NCBI GenBank assembly: GCA_945872565.1
Contig: CAMBZN010000002.1
Location: forward strand, 71,556 to 135,555
Direction of reading: 5' to 3'
Source of the DNA: Chlamydia trachomatis
Lineage (GTDB): Bacteria; Chlamydiota; Chlamydiia; Chlamydiales; 2-12-FULL-49-11
Length of the DNA stretch: 64,000 nucleotides
Part shown: piece after piece, positions 1 to 9,512 of the stretch
Layout of the letters: each line of letters starts with the position of its first letter
Position numbering within the stretch: position 1 is the first letter of the stretch
The notes under the pieces: generated by a model
The model's database searches: none
What the model was told of the DNA's origin: nothing
Seen by the model: only the letters and a program-made list of their open reading frames with translations
Program-made: the position numbers and the translations under genes

Positions 1-1
1 C

Positions 2-517
2 TTTATCATAGACGATCAACCCGGTCTAAAAATCACTGACTTAAGAGCTCGAGCACGCAGGCTCAAGGAAGTCTACGACATCCAATTTCTCCTTATTGAT
101 TACCTCCAGCTTCTTTCTGGGTCACGGGGACAGTTCAATACAGAAAATAGACAAACAGAGATCTCTGAAATATCAAGAATGCTTAAAAACCTCGCAAGAG
201 AGCTAAACATTCCTATTATCTGCCCCTCTCAGCTATCACGAAAAGTAGAGGAGCGCGCAGGCCATAGACCAATGCTTTCAGATTTGAGAGAATCAGGTTC
301 CATCGAGCAAGATGCCGACTGTGTATTATTTATTTACAGAAGAGACTACTATAACGCCACCGATCACCCCGGAATGGCAGAGATTATCGTAGCAAAAAAT
401 AGACACGGTTCAACTGGGGATATCAAGCTTGCTTGGAGAAAAGAGTTTGCAAACTTCTCCAACTATGCCTATGATTCTAGCCCAGACGAGGATCCCTTCT
501 CCCCTTTTGGCAATTAA
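2..517 (+). CDS. dnaB: Replicative DNA helicase DnaB, C-terminal part (5' end lies outside the window)
   Basis: Frame is open from the window edge. 'FLLIDYLQLLSG...ISEISRMLKNLARELNIPIICPSQLSR...RPMLSDLRESGSIEQDADCVLFIYRRDYY' matches the RecA-like DnaB C-terminal motifs. Confidence 0.9.
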   Translation, partial: FIIDDQPGLKITDLRARARRLKEVYDIQFLLIDYLQLLSGSRGQFNTENRQTEISEISRMLKNLARELNIPIICPSQLSRKVEERAGHRPMLSDLRESGSIEQDADCVLFIYRRDYYNATDHPGMAEIIVAKNRHGSTGDIKLAWRKEFANFSNYAYDSSPDEDPFSPFGN

Positions 518-643
518 CTAGTTATTATTTTTTTTAAGATCAACTCTTTTCTCACTGCTTAAGATATTTTCGCATTTTACTTTACAAAATCATCACGGTT
601 CTATACACTGGTCACAAACTTTTTATAGGAAAAGGTATAAACT

Positions 644-733
644 ATGTCCTCAGTGAAGAAAAAACGTAAGCTTAAAATGAATAAGCATAAACGTAAAAAA
701 AGAAGCAGAAGAGACCGTCACAAGACTTCGTAA
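644..733 (+). CDS. 29-aa highly basic micro-protein, bS22 / AURKAIP1-COX24-type small ribosomal protein
   Basis: ATG at 644, TAA at 731-733, not in the ORF track because it is too short. Translation is '[29 protein letters not shown]', which resembles mycobacterial/Bacteroidetes bS22 (pattern SV.KKR.K.KM.K.KHRK...RR.R). The stop lies 2 nt before the mnmG ATG. Confidence 0.65.
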   Translation: MSSVKKKRKLKMNKHKRKKRSRRDRHKTS

Positions 734-735
734 TC

Positions 736-2547
736 ATGTGGCAATATCCTGAAAACTTCGATGTAATCGTTATAGGAGCAGGGCATGCTGGCTGTGAGGC
801 TGCGTATGCTGCCGCAAAAATCGGCGCAAAAACCCTGCTTTTAACAATGAACCTTGATACTATTGCAAAAATGAGTTGCAACCCTTCTATTGGCGGGTCT
901 GCAAAAGGGCAAATTGTCCGTGAAATTGATGCTTTAGGTGGCGTCATGGGGAAGATTGCCGATAAAACAGGTATAAACTTCCGAATGCTCAACCGTTCCA
1001 AAGGACCTGCTGTATGGGCGCCAAGGTGCCAATCAGATAGGTTCCTTTATTCCTACGAGATGAAGTATCTCCTAGAAAACACCGATAATTTATCACTCAT
1101 GCAAGGCTCAATAGAAACTCTCATCGTTGAAGATGGAGAAATCAAAGGGGTAACCGCCTCTCTTGGTGTCACCTATTTTGCAAAAACAGTAGTGATCTCT
1201 GCAGGAACTTTCATGCAAGGCTTAATCCATATTGGCGACAAGACAGCGAACGGTGGCCGCATTGGAGACCCCTCTTCACCAATTTCAGAGGAATTAAAAA
1301 GATTAGGGTTTAAGCTTGGTAGGTTAAAGACTGGGACTCCTCCTAGAATTCATGGTAAGACGATAGATTTTTCAAAACTTGAAGTCCAAGAGACTGAAAA
1401 GGACGTTTGTTTCTCTTATTCCTCAAAAGAAGAGCGTCTACCACAAGTTCCTTGTTATATCACCTATACTAATGAACAGACGCAGGCAATAGCTGAAAAG
1501 AATCTGCATCGTAGCGCTATGTACAGTGGGAAAATCCAGAGTAAAGGGCCAAGGTATTGCCCTTCCTATGAGGATAAAGTGACCCGCTTTAAAGATAGAA
1601 TTCGCCATCAGATCTTTTTAGAAAAAGAAGGGTTACGGACAGAAGAGTATTATGCAGCGGGGATTTCCACATCTCTTCCATTTGATGTGCAAGTAGAGAT
1701 GATCAAAACCATTGTAGGTCTTGAGAATGCAGAAATACTTCGTCCTGCTTATGCAATTGAGTATGACTATGTCACCTCTCTACAACTAAAAGCAACACTT
1801 GAGACTCATCTTGTAAAAAATCTCTTTTTTGCTGGTCAAATCAACGGTACTACAGGATATGAAGAGGCTGCTGCACAAGGTTTAATAGCTGGAATTAATG
1901 CAGCCCATAATGCACTAGAAAGAAAGCCATTTATATTAGGCAGGTCCACTTCCTATATTGGCGTCCTTATTGAAGAACTTATAACAAAAGAATTATCTGA
2001 GCCTTATAGGATGTTTACAAGTAGAGCTGAACACAGACTTCATCTGCGCTATGATAACGCAGACACCCGTTTACGTCTTTATGGGCACCATTTAGGTCTT
2101 ATTTCTGATGAAGAACTTGCAGTATTTACCAAAAATCAGTCTTTGATAACAGAGACAGTAGCAATGGTTCAAAGCACACGTAAAGAAATCGAAAAAAAGA
2201 GCATGTTTTTATCAGCATATCTTTCCCGTCCCGATAAAACTTATGCTGATTTAAAGGCACTTTTTCCAGAGATTGTTCCAGAATTACCCCTAAAGCTTGC
2301 AACAAGAGTAGAGATTGAAATCAAATATGCCGGTTATATTTCTCGACAGTCCAAGATGCTCGAAAAGCTACAAAACCTTGATGCTATTGCCATCCCCCCA
2401 GATCTTGATTTCAATATGAAAACTCTTCGTAAAGAGTCAGCAGATCGTCTTGCAAAGGTCCGGCCGCAAAATCTAGGAGCTGCAAGTAGAGTTGAGGGTG
2501 TAACTTCTGCTGACATTTCCATCCTTATGTTAACTTTAGGTTATTAG
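736..2547 (+). CDS. mnmG: tRNA uridine 5-carboxymethylaminomethyl modification enzyme MnmG (GidA)
   Basis: 603 aa. FAD fold '[15 protein letters not shown]', '[17 protein letters not shown]', and a typical C-terminal '[11 protein letters not shown]'. Confidence 0.95.
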   Translation: MWQYPENFDVIVIGAGHAGCEAAYAAAKIGAKTLLLTMNLDTIAKMSCNPSIGGSAKGQIVREIDALGGVMGKIADKTGINFRMLNRSKGPAVWAPRCQSDRFLYSYEMKYLLENTDNLSLMQGSIETLIVEDGEIKGVTASLGVTYFAKTVVISAGTFMQGLIHIGDKTANGGRIGDPSSPISEELKRLGFKLGRLKTGTPPRIHGKTIDFSKLEVQETEKDVCFSYSSKEERLPQVPCYITYTNEQTQAIAEKNLHRSAMYSGKIQSKGPRYCPSYEDKVTRFKDRIRHQIFLEKEGLRTEEYYAAGISTSLPFDVQVEMIKTIVGLENAEILRPAYAIEYDYVTSLQLKATLETHLVKNLFFAGQINGTTGYEEAAAQGLIAGINAAHNALERKPFILGRSTSYIGVLIEELITKELSEPYRMFTSRAEHRLHLRYDNADTRLRLYGHHLGLISDEELAVFTKNQSLITETVAMVQSTRKEIEKKSMFLSAYLSRPDKTYADLKALFPEIVPELPLKLATRVEIEIKYAGYISRQSKMLEKLQNLDAIAIPPDLDFNMKTLRKESADRLAKVRPQNLGAASRVEGVTSADISILMLTLGY

Positions 2548-2677
2548 ACCTTATTTTAAGTAGAGATACAAAATAAAAATACCTTCTATGGTAAAATGTC
2601 TATTGACAATCTAGTCAACACCCATTAAAAATAAGCACAATGGTATAACCGCCCTTTCTAGGGCAAAGGAACAACCA

Positions 2678-3100
2678 ATGAAAATACGCTATTGCATACC
2701 CCTATTTGCATCTCTCTTATCATCTCTTACTGCAGCGGCGCAAACAACTCCTGCTATGCAGCAAGGATCTAATAGTGAAAAAGCAACAATGAGCGCTGTT
2801 GCTCAAAGGCAAGCTACAGAGGCCCCTGAAGGTGGCAGTACAGATCCTTTTCCTCCATCAGATGTAATGATTGTTGATCCAAAAGAGGTAGCAAAAGATT
2901 GGACTAATGCCTACTCAATGCTAAAAAATAAGCAAACTGGAAACATCGTATTTACCCTCAGAGGGGGCGAAAAAATCGAAAGCATTGTCGAAATCCAACC
3001 ATTACCTGGTGGCTACTTAATGTTTCTCACCCTTAAAACATTACATGGCATGCAATATCGAATTATCAAAACCTCTGAAATATCTTCCCTCTCCTCATAA
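2678..3100 (+). CDS. Secreted hypothetical protein
   Basis: Signal peptide 'MKIRYCIPLFASLLSSLTAAAQ'. No domain recognised. RBS-like 'aaaggaac' lies upstream. Confidence 0.6.
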   Translation: MKIRYCIPLFASLLSSLTAAAQTTPAMQQGSNSEKATMSAVAQRQATEAPEGGSTDPFPPSDVMIVDPKEVAKDWTNAYSMLKNKQTGNIVFTLRGGEKIESIVEIQPLPGGYLMFLTLKTLHGMQYRIIKTSEISSLSS

Positions 3101-3756
3101 TGACCATCCAGCTACTTAAGTTAAAAAATACGGAAATACAAAAACAGCTTGCAATAGAGGAAACTCTCTTACGTTCCGACCAACGCTTTTTTGTAATCAT
3201 AGGAACTGACCTTCCACGAGCAATAGTTATGGGCTCTTCGCAAAAAAAGGAGGAGGTGATCCACCTCGATAAAGCCGAAAAAAATCAGTTCCCCATCGTA
3301 CAGAGGTATTCTGCTGGGGGATGTGTGATTTTAGATAAAGACTGCATCATGGTATCTTTTATCGCAAACAAACAGGATGTGTCCATCGATCTTTTTCCAA
3401 ATAGTATAATGAATTGGTCAGCAGAGTTTTATAAGCACGCCCTTCCAATCAAGCACTTTTCTCTCAAGGTAAATGATTATACCATTGGTGATAAAAAAAT
3501 CGGCGGCAACGCTCAATATATCAGAAAAGATCGCTTTGTTCACCACAGCTGTTTTCTTTGGGACTATAACCAAGAGCATATGAACATTCTCACCCATCCT
3601 CCTAAAGAGCCCAGCTATAGAAATAAAAGGCCCCATGAGGAGTTTTTAACAACGATAAAACCGCACCTTTCTAAAGAAGCGTTTGTTGAATCCATAGAAA
3701 ATGGGTTAAAAACATTTTTTAATCGAGATGTTCTGATAGACCAAACTTTCTGTTAA
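3100..3756 (+). CDS. lplA: Lipoate-protein ligase-like protein (catalytic domain only)
   Basis: 'KIGGNAQYIRKDRFVHHSCFLWDY' resembles the catalytic-lysine motif of the LplA/LipB/BirA family. The start overlaps the upstream stop (TAATG). Confidence 0.6.
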   Translation: MTIQLLKLKNTEIQKQLAIEETLLRSDQRFFVIIGTDLPRAIVMGSSQKKEEVIHLDKAEKNQFPIVQRYSAGGCVILDKDCIMVSFIANKQDVSIDLFPNSIMNWSAEFYKHALPIKHFSLKVNDYTIGDKKIGGNAQYIRKDRFVHHSCFLWDYNQEHMNILTHPPKEPSYRNKRPHEEFLTTIKPHLSKEAFVESIENGLKTFFNRDVLIDQTFC

Positions 3757-4507
3757 AATAACTTTTGACCACATCTTTCCCAATTGCTGCAATCGATGAT
3801 GTAAGCGGGATCTTTTTAGGGCAAACTTGAACACAGTTTTGCGCATTACCACAATCAGAAACACCCCCCTCCTCCATCATCACTGTAAGCCTCTCCTCTT
3901 TGAGGGATTTTCCTGTCTCATTTGCATTAAAAAGCTTTACCTGATTAATTGTAGATGCCCCCACAAAATTTGAGCGCGGCCCAAATTGCGGGCAAGCTTC
4001 AAGACAACAACCACATGTCATACAAGTAGACTCCACATACATCGCCTCTTGTTGTTTAGGATTGACAGTAGAGGCAAAATCCTCACTATGATACCCCTCT
4101 ATAGGTATCCACCCTTTAATTTTTTTAAGATTTTCAAACATGGATGATCTATCTACCACAAGATCACGAACCAAAGGAAACTTTGTAAACGGAGCTAAAA
4201 TAATCGTATCGGTCTTATCATCTTTTAAAATCTCTTCCACAAGTGCTGTACAAGCTTGACGAGGCCTACCATTAATAATCATAGAGCATGAACCGCACAC
4301 CTCTTCTAAACAAGCCTGCTCCCAAACAATGGGTGTTATCCTTTCACCACTTTTTGTAATGGGGTTTTTCTGAACTTCCATCAAGGCTGAAATCACATTC
4401 AAGCCCTCTTTTCTATCTAACTCAAATTCAACAAAATACTGGCCGTTTTTATCTCCGCGATATACCTTAAGATTGAACGACCCTTTATTTTCACTCATTT
4501 CTATCAC
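3719..4507 (-). CDS. sdhB: Succinate dehydrogenase / fumarate reductase iron-sulfur subunit
   Basis: Three Cys clusters: 'CLEEVCGSCSM', 'CMTCGCCLEACP', 'CGNAQNCVQVCP'. 4-nt overlap with sdhA. Confidence 0.92.
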   Translation of the reverse strand: MIEMSENKGSFNLKVYRGDKNGQYFVEFELDRKEGLNVISALMEVQKNPITKSGERITPIVWEQACLEEVCGSCSMIINGRPRQACTALVEEILKDDKTDTIILAPFTKFPLVRDLVVDRSSMFENLKKIKGWIPIEGYHSEDFASTVNPKQQEAMYVESTCMTCGCCLEACPQFGPRSNFVGASTINQVKLFNANETGKSLKEERLTVMMEEGGVSDCGNAQNCVQVCPKKIPLTSSIAAIGKDVVKSYFNRKFGLSEHLD

Positions 4508-6417
4508 CTCCGCCCATAGTCTAATTCTGTCACAAGGGGAACTTTTGGAACATCTTTTAGTTTGGGAGTTATTCGTTTTGCAACAGTATAATCTCTAAGC
4601 ACCGGATCTAAATGTCTTATATCAACAGGAAGATAGGAAATGATCGGCTCATCACTGTGAGGATCGTAAGTACAAACAGTTGTCTTTAAAAACTCCTGGT
4701 CATTTCTCTTAGGAAATTGTGGTTTATAATGAGAGCCTCTAAATTCATCCCTCATTAACGCCCCTTTTGCGATGCAAAGGGCAATTTCTAACATATATCC
4801 GAACTGGTTAGCAAAATGAAGGGTTTGATTTAAATGATGCCCTTTATCGTCCAGAGTAATATTTTGAAATCTTTCTCTAATCTCTTTAATTTTTTTAATA
4901 GCAAGCTTTAAGCCAGCATTAGTTCTTACAATCGTCACATTAGAAATCATAATCGCAGCAAGCTCATCATGGAGTTTATAAACATTTTCAACCCCATCTC
5001 TCTCTAATAAATTTTGCTTGATGGCAAGCTCATGGGCTATTGCCTCATCAAAGATTCCTTCGTTTACCTTACTATTTTTATGAGCAATATCGTCAATATA
5101 AAAAACCATTTCATTTGCAGCAACCATCCCACCAAATACACATGAAAGCAATGAATTTGCACCAAGCCTATTGGCCCCATGGTATTGAAACTCACATTCT
5201 CCAGCAGCAAATAACCCTTTGATGTTAGTCATCTGTCGATACCGTGTAAATCGATCCTCATCACCAGTTGCTGGCCAATCAATCCACATCCCCCCCATCG
5301 TATAATGCACAGCAGGGAAAATTTTCATCGGAACTTTTCTTGGATCTTCTCCGGTAAATTTTTGATAAATCTCTAAAATAGACTCAAGCTTATGCAACGC
5401 CTTTTCATTAAGATGGGTCACATCAAGATAGACTTGTTTTTTTCCATCAATTCCAAGTCCTGCCTCCTCCACAACTTTAATAATATACCGAGAGGCAACA
5501 TCCCGCGGAACAAGGTTTCCAAATGTTGGGAACAATTCTTCTAAAAAGTACCAAGGCTGTCCTGTAGTTCCGCATGCTACAAACTTTCCATCAGGACCTT
5601 CTATGCTTTTTGTACTATCTCCATAGACCCAAATTCGCCCTCCCTCACCACGTGCTGATTCTGACATCAAGCGAAGCTTATCCTCTCCTGGAATTGCTGT
5701 TGGATGAATCTGAATAAATTCAGGATTTGCAATTTTCACCCCTTGCATAAAAGCTCTTCCATTTGCCGCCCCTGTACAAATGGTTGAGTTGGTAGAATAT
5801 TTAAAAACAACTCCATTTCCACCAGTTGCTAGAAGCACTGCATCTGCCTTTAACGATGAAATTTTCGAAGTATGCAAATCCATAATGACAACGCCCCGAG
5901 TAATTCCATCGTCATCAATAACAGCCCTCATAAACTCATGATGTTCATATTTTGTGATTTTTTTAGCTACCTCAAACCTTCTTACCTGCTCATCGAGGGC
6001 ATAGAGCAACTGTTGCCCCGTTGAGGCCCCTGCAAATGCAGTTCGCTTGTACAGTGTCCCTCCAAATCTTCTAAAATCAAGATGCCCATCTGCCCTTCTA
6101 TTAAAAGGGACTCCCAACCGATCAAACATCCGAATAATTGTAGGGCCATTATAGCACATTTCTAAAATAGGGGGCTGATCCCCTAAAAAATCGCCTCCTT
6201 TGATCGTATCATAGGTATGAATGTCAACTGAATCCATTTCTCCCATCAAGTTAATAGCGACATTTATCCCTCCTTGGGCGCATACGGAATGGGATCGTTT
6301 TACATTGGTAAGGCTTACTAAATCCACTATACAGCCAAGATCAGCAAGCTTCATCGCAGCAGATAAGCCGGCAAGTCCTCCCCCAATTACAACTACTTTT
6401 TTTGGTCGATCACTCAT
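4504..6417 (-). CDS. sdhA: Succinate dehydrogenase flavoprotein subunit
   Basis: 'VVVIGGGLAGLSAA' FAD fold, 'RSHSVCAQGGIN' (covalent-FAD His region), 'HYTMGG', 637 aa. Confidence 0.95.
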   Translation of the reverse strand: MSDRPKKVVVIGGGLAGLSAAMKLADLGCIVDLVSLTNVKRSHSVCAQGGINVAINLMGEMDSVDIHTYDTIKGGDFLGDQPPILEMCYNGPTIIRMFDRLGVPFNRRADGHLDFRRFGGTLYKRTAFAGASTGQQLLYALDEQVRRFEVAKKITKYEHHEFMRAVIDDDGITRGVVIMDLHTSKISSLKADAVLLATGGNGVVFKYSTNSTICTGAANGRAFMQGVKIANPEFIQIHPTAIPGEDKLRLMSESARGEGGRIWVYGDSTKSIEGPDGKFVACGTTGQPWYFLEELFPTFGNLVPRDVASRYIIKVVEEAGLGIDGKKQVYLDVTHLNEKALHKLESILEIYQKFTGEDPRKVPMKIFPAVHYTMGGMWIDWPATGDEDRFTRYRQMTNIKGLFAAGECEFQYHGANRLGANSLLSCVFGGMVAANEMVFYIDDIAHKNSKVNEGIFDEAIAHELAIKQNLLERDGVENVYKLHDELAAIMISNVTIVRTNAGLKLAIKKIKEIRERFQNITLDDKGHHLNQTLHFANQFGYMLEIALCIAKGALMRDEFRGSHYKPQFPKRNDQEFLKTTVCTYDPHSDEPIISYLPVDIRHLDPVLRDYTVAKRITPKLKDVPKVPLVTELDYGRR

Positions 6418-7451
6418 TAACTATAATATCCTGTGCTAAAAAAATAACTTCCCCAAATAGAAAGCATTCCCAATGCTGTTAATATAAATGCAAGCCCATA
6501 GGCAAAATTCACCCATGCATTTTGTGATTTCCTTGAAAGTAAAAGTCCCCAAGTGATACAAAAAGTCCAAAACCCATTACTTCCATGAAACACCGCCGCA
6601 AGGACAAAAAGGGTATAGAAAACGCACATCCACACACTTTGAAACGCCTCACGAACATTTAACAAAATCAGATCAGCAGATTTTTTTGATGCGACAATGA
6701 CCTCTTTTGCCCCCAGCTTAAAGTGTGTCAATCCTTTGTAAAACATTTCCTTATCATGAAAAGCCGCCTGACTTTTAAACGCTGCATCTGCTTCAAGATT
6801 GTACCTGTCGCTGCCAATGACCCCTGTTTTTTTCATCTCTTCCAACCGTTTGTCCACCATAAGAGCCTTATTTTGCAATAGAGCTAAACTCTCCCGTTCC
6901 TTGTCGATCAAATCCTGACTATATATTTTCACCTGTAAATCTGCAGCCACTTTATAAAGACCTGGATCCACTGTATACTTTCCAAATGCCATACTTTGAG
7001 AGCCTAAATGCACTTTATAAGGATACATGACAAAACGCATTTGAATTACATGTAAAATAATACCAAAAAGGATGATCCAGGCAGAAATCCTTTGCATCGA
7101 ATAGGCTCTGTTTCTTTCATATTTTTGTGAAGTTGCCTTTCCTCCCCTACTGCGAACATTTCCCTGAGATGAGAGCATGTACCACACGCCCCAAATTGCA
7201 TGAATAGCCATCGGCACCCCAAGAAGAATGATCTCTACTAGCGGTAAATAGGGAATGCTGTGCAAGAAATTAACACTATTTACAAACCACATTACATTGT
7301 TACCGAAAAAAATCGCAGCTTGTGAGTTGGTAAACAAATGCTCCATTAAAAAGATCAAAAACCACAAGCCCATTAAAGATTGGAGCCTTCTCCAAACAAA
7401 TGCTTTTGGCACCAATCGCGTAGGTATTACTGCAGCCATATACAACCTCAT
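6417..7451 (-). CDS. sdhC: Succinate dehydrogenase di-haem cytochrome b subunit (B. subtilis type) with a large soluble insertion
   Basis: Five hydrophobic helices and four His in haem-ligand contexts ('MEHLF', 'AIHAIWG', 'ILHVIQ', 'VFHGSNG'). Position is upstream of sdhA. 344 aa versus about 200 aa for the B. subtilis protein. Confidence 0.8.
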   Translation of the reverse strand: MRLYMAAVIPTRLVPKAFVWRRLQSLMGLWFLIFLMEHLFTNSQAAIFFGNNVMWFVNSVNFLHSIPYLPLVEIILLGVPMAIHAIWGVWYMLSSQGNVRSRGGKATSQKYERNRAYSMQRISAWIILFGIILHVIQMRFVMYPYKVHLGSQSMAFGKYTVDPGLYKVAADLQVKIYSQDLIDKERESLALLQNKALMVDKRLEEMKKTGVIGSDRYNLEADAAFKSQAAFHDKEMFYKGLTHFKLGAKEVIVASKKSADLILLNVREAFQSVWMCVFYTLFVLAAVFHGSNGFWTFCITWGLLLSRKSQNAWVNFAYGLAFILTALGMLSIWGSYFFSTGYYS

Positions 7452-7495
7452 TTGTATAGTAAATTCTACAGTCTACATAAATCACTATTTAGAAT

Positions 7496-8260
7496 TCAAC
7501 AAAAGACTCGGCATCCATTTTCATACGTCTTAGAACAAATCTCTAAGAGAGTTACACCATAAAGATCGGCAATTGTTTGAGCAGTAACTACTATATTTGC
7601 TGGATGATTAGGTTTTCCTCGATATCCATGAGGGGAAAGCCAGGGCGAATCTGTCTCTATCAAGAGTTGATCTAAAGGTATTAAGCGGACGACCTCTTTA
7701 AGCTCCAAGGATTTATTAAATGTGACAATCCCACTAATAGAAAGATAAAAGCCAAGATCAAGGGCAGCTTTTGCCTGCTCTGCATTGCCTGTAAAGCAAT
7801 GTATTACCCCTGTAAACGGAGGATACTCCGATACTGCTTCAAAGAGGTTTTTAAAAGCACCATCCCCTCGAACATGAAAAACTACCGGCAATTTTGCTTG
7901 GATTCCAAGCTCTATATACCTTCTGCAAACTCTTTTTTGGATGGCTATGTTATCTGGCTGAATAAAATCATCAAACCCTGTTTCACCAACTCCTACAATC
8001 TTGCCCTCTAGTGCCATCTTCTCAAAATACTTAAAAGTATCTTCGGTCTCTTTTTCTGCATCATGGGGGGTTGTTGAAGCAATATTTGCAACGATCTTTG
8101 GATACTTTTGCTCTAATAGCATTCCTTTTTCTAGTTCAGAGGCGCTAGTACAAACATTTATAATCCTAAACATTCCCAATTCTTTAGCTCTTTGAATTGC
8201 CCCTTCAGCATCCATAGGAAACCCTTCAGAAGTTAGGTGAGCATGAGAATCCATAATCAT
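7496..8260 (-). CDS. tatD: TatD-family metal-dependent hydrolase/DNase
   Basis: 'DSHAHL', 'GETGFD', 'VFHVRGD', 'IHCFTG', 'ETDSPWL'. Confidence 0.9.
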   Translation of the reverse strand: MIMDSHAHLTSEGFPMDAEGAIQRAKELGMFRIINVCTSASELEKGMLLEQKYPKIVANIASTTPHDAEKETEDTFKYFEKMALEGKIVGVGETGFDDFIQPDNIAIQKRVCRRYIELGIQAKLPVVFHVRGDGAFKNLFEAVSEYPPFTGVIHCFTGNAEQAKAALDLGFYLSISGIVTFNKSLELKEVVRLIPLDQLLIETDSPWLSPHGYRGKPNHPANIVVTAQTIADLYGVTLLEICSKTYENGCRVFC

Positions 8261-8325
8261 GAGTATATATCCCTTTTCTTAGAAAAATGTTTTCTATAGT
8301 ATAGGTATAAAAGGAGTTTTTTTCC

Positions 8326-9018
8326 ATGAGCATTTTTTTACGTTCCTACTCTGATTCAGATTTTTTCGGAAAACTGATCTTTGTCATTTTATTTATATTA
8401 TCAGTTACCTGTTGGACGGTTCTTATTCGAAAATTTCGCATTTTAAAAGCTGTGCGTAATTTTGGCAAACAAACGCAAGAGCAAATGCATCAAACCGACT
8501 TAAAGACCCTTTTGTTTCACGGTGAATTAATGGTCACAAAAAGCCCATTTTCCACAATCCTTGCGGCAATTTCTTCAAAAACATCTCAGATAATCAATAA
8601 AAACCGCCATTTCAAAGAAGGGAGCACGGTTTTTTTATCCCAAAGGGACATGCAAACAATTGAAGAATACTCCTCCATTACCATTTACCAAGAAGTCAAG
8701 CGTTTGGGCAATGACCTATTTATCCTTTCAACAATTGTTACTCTAGCTCCATTTGTCGGAATCCTAGGCACAGTGTGGGGGATATTACTTTGCTTAGGCG
8801 AGCTTCAAAAAGGGGGTTCAAGTTCATCATCTATTGTTCTCTCTGGCCTTTCCACCGCTCTTGCAACAACTGTCTTAGGCCTTGTGATTGCAATTCCGGC
8901 ACTCATTGCCTACAATTACTTGAAAAATTCCCTCCTTGATATAAGCGCAGAGATGGAGGGGTTTTCTCACGGGGTACTCTCAGAACTAGAACTACAGTAT
9001 AGACACGTTGAGGTATAA
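8326..9018 (+). CDS. tolQ: TolQ/ExbB/MotA-family proton channel protein
   Basis: Three TM segments. 'APFVGILGTVWGI' and 'LSTALATTVLGLVIAIPALIAYN' motifs. First gene of the tol-pal order. Confidence 0.85.
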   Translation: MSIFLRSYSDSDFFGKLIFVILFILSVTCWTVLIRKFRILKAVRNFGKQTQEQMHQTDLKTLLFHGELMVTKSPFSTILAAISSKTSQIINKNRHFKEGSTVFLSQRDMQTIEEYSSITIYQEVKRLGNDLFILSTIVTLAPFVGILGTVWGILLCLGELQKGGSSSSSIVLSGLSTALATTVLGLVIAIPALIAYNYLKNSLLDISAEMEGFSHGVLSELELQYRHVEV

Positions 9019-9449
9019 TGAGAAGACGAAGCACCACAGGAAATTCCGACGATAACGAGCTGATTAATTTAACTCCCCTACTGGATGTATTGTTTGTTGT
9101 ATTAATTCTTTTCATTATCATTGCACCCCTTACAAAATTAGATCGGATAGACTTAACCGAAAGCTCTTCAAAAACTCTCTCCCCCTCCTCAATGGATGAA
9201 CCCTTTGCATTTGATATCTCTCTTTATGCAAATGATACTTTAGCAATCAATGGCAAACTAGTTGAGAAACAGACCCTTCGCCTTGTGTTGCAAGAAATAC
9301 AAAAGACAAGTAAAGATGCCATCCCTCGCCTTTATATCGATAAAAAAAGCTCTTTTGGCGCATTTTCGGAGACAAAAGATTTGATCGAAGATTGCGGATT
9401 TGCCTACCTAGATCTTGTGGTAAAAAGCAATGGAAATGCCGGGAAATAA
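9018..9449 (+). CDS. tolR: TolR/ExbD biopolymer transport protein
   Basis: 'INLTPLLDVLFVVLILFII' N-terminal TM with the conserved Asp. Start overlaps the tolQ stop. Confidence 0.85.
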   Translation: MRRRSTTGNSDDNELINLTPLLDVLFVVLILFIIIAPLTKLDRIDLTESSSKTLSPSSMDEPFAFDISLYANDTLAINGKLVEKQTLRLVLQEIQKTSKDAIPRLYIDKKSSFGAFSETKDLIEDCGFAYLDLVVKSNGNAGK

Positions 9450-9512
9450 TTGCCTATGTTAATTCTCCTACTTAAAAATAGACTGTCAAGCAAAGGATTT
9501 GTATAACCCAAC

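Noticed and set aside
672-1001. 109-aa minus-strand ORF overlapping the start of mnmG; also 2334-2522 (minus) at its end
   Set aside because: Both are antisense shadows of a confidently identified, full-length mnmG. They have no motifs and a low-complexity composition.
7407-7422. TGGCAC hexamer that could be a sigma-54 -24 element (rpoN is present in the window)
   Set aside because: The downstream spacing gives 'caatcGCGT', not TTGC, and the site is inside the sdhC coding region. Other TGGCA(C/T) occurrences (e.g. around 11970, 24842 and 57855) also lack a -12 GC element at the right spacing.
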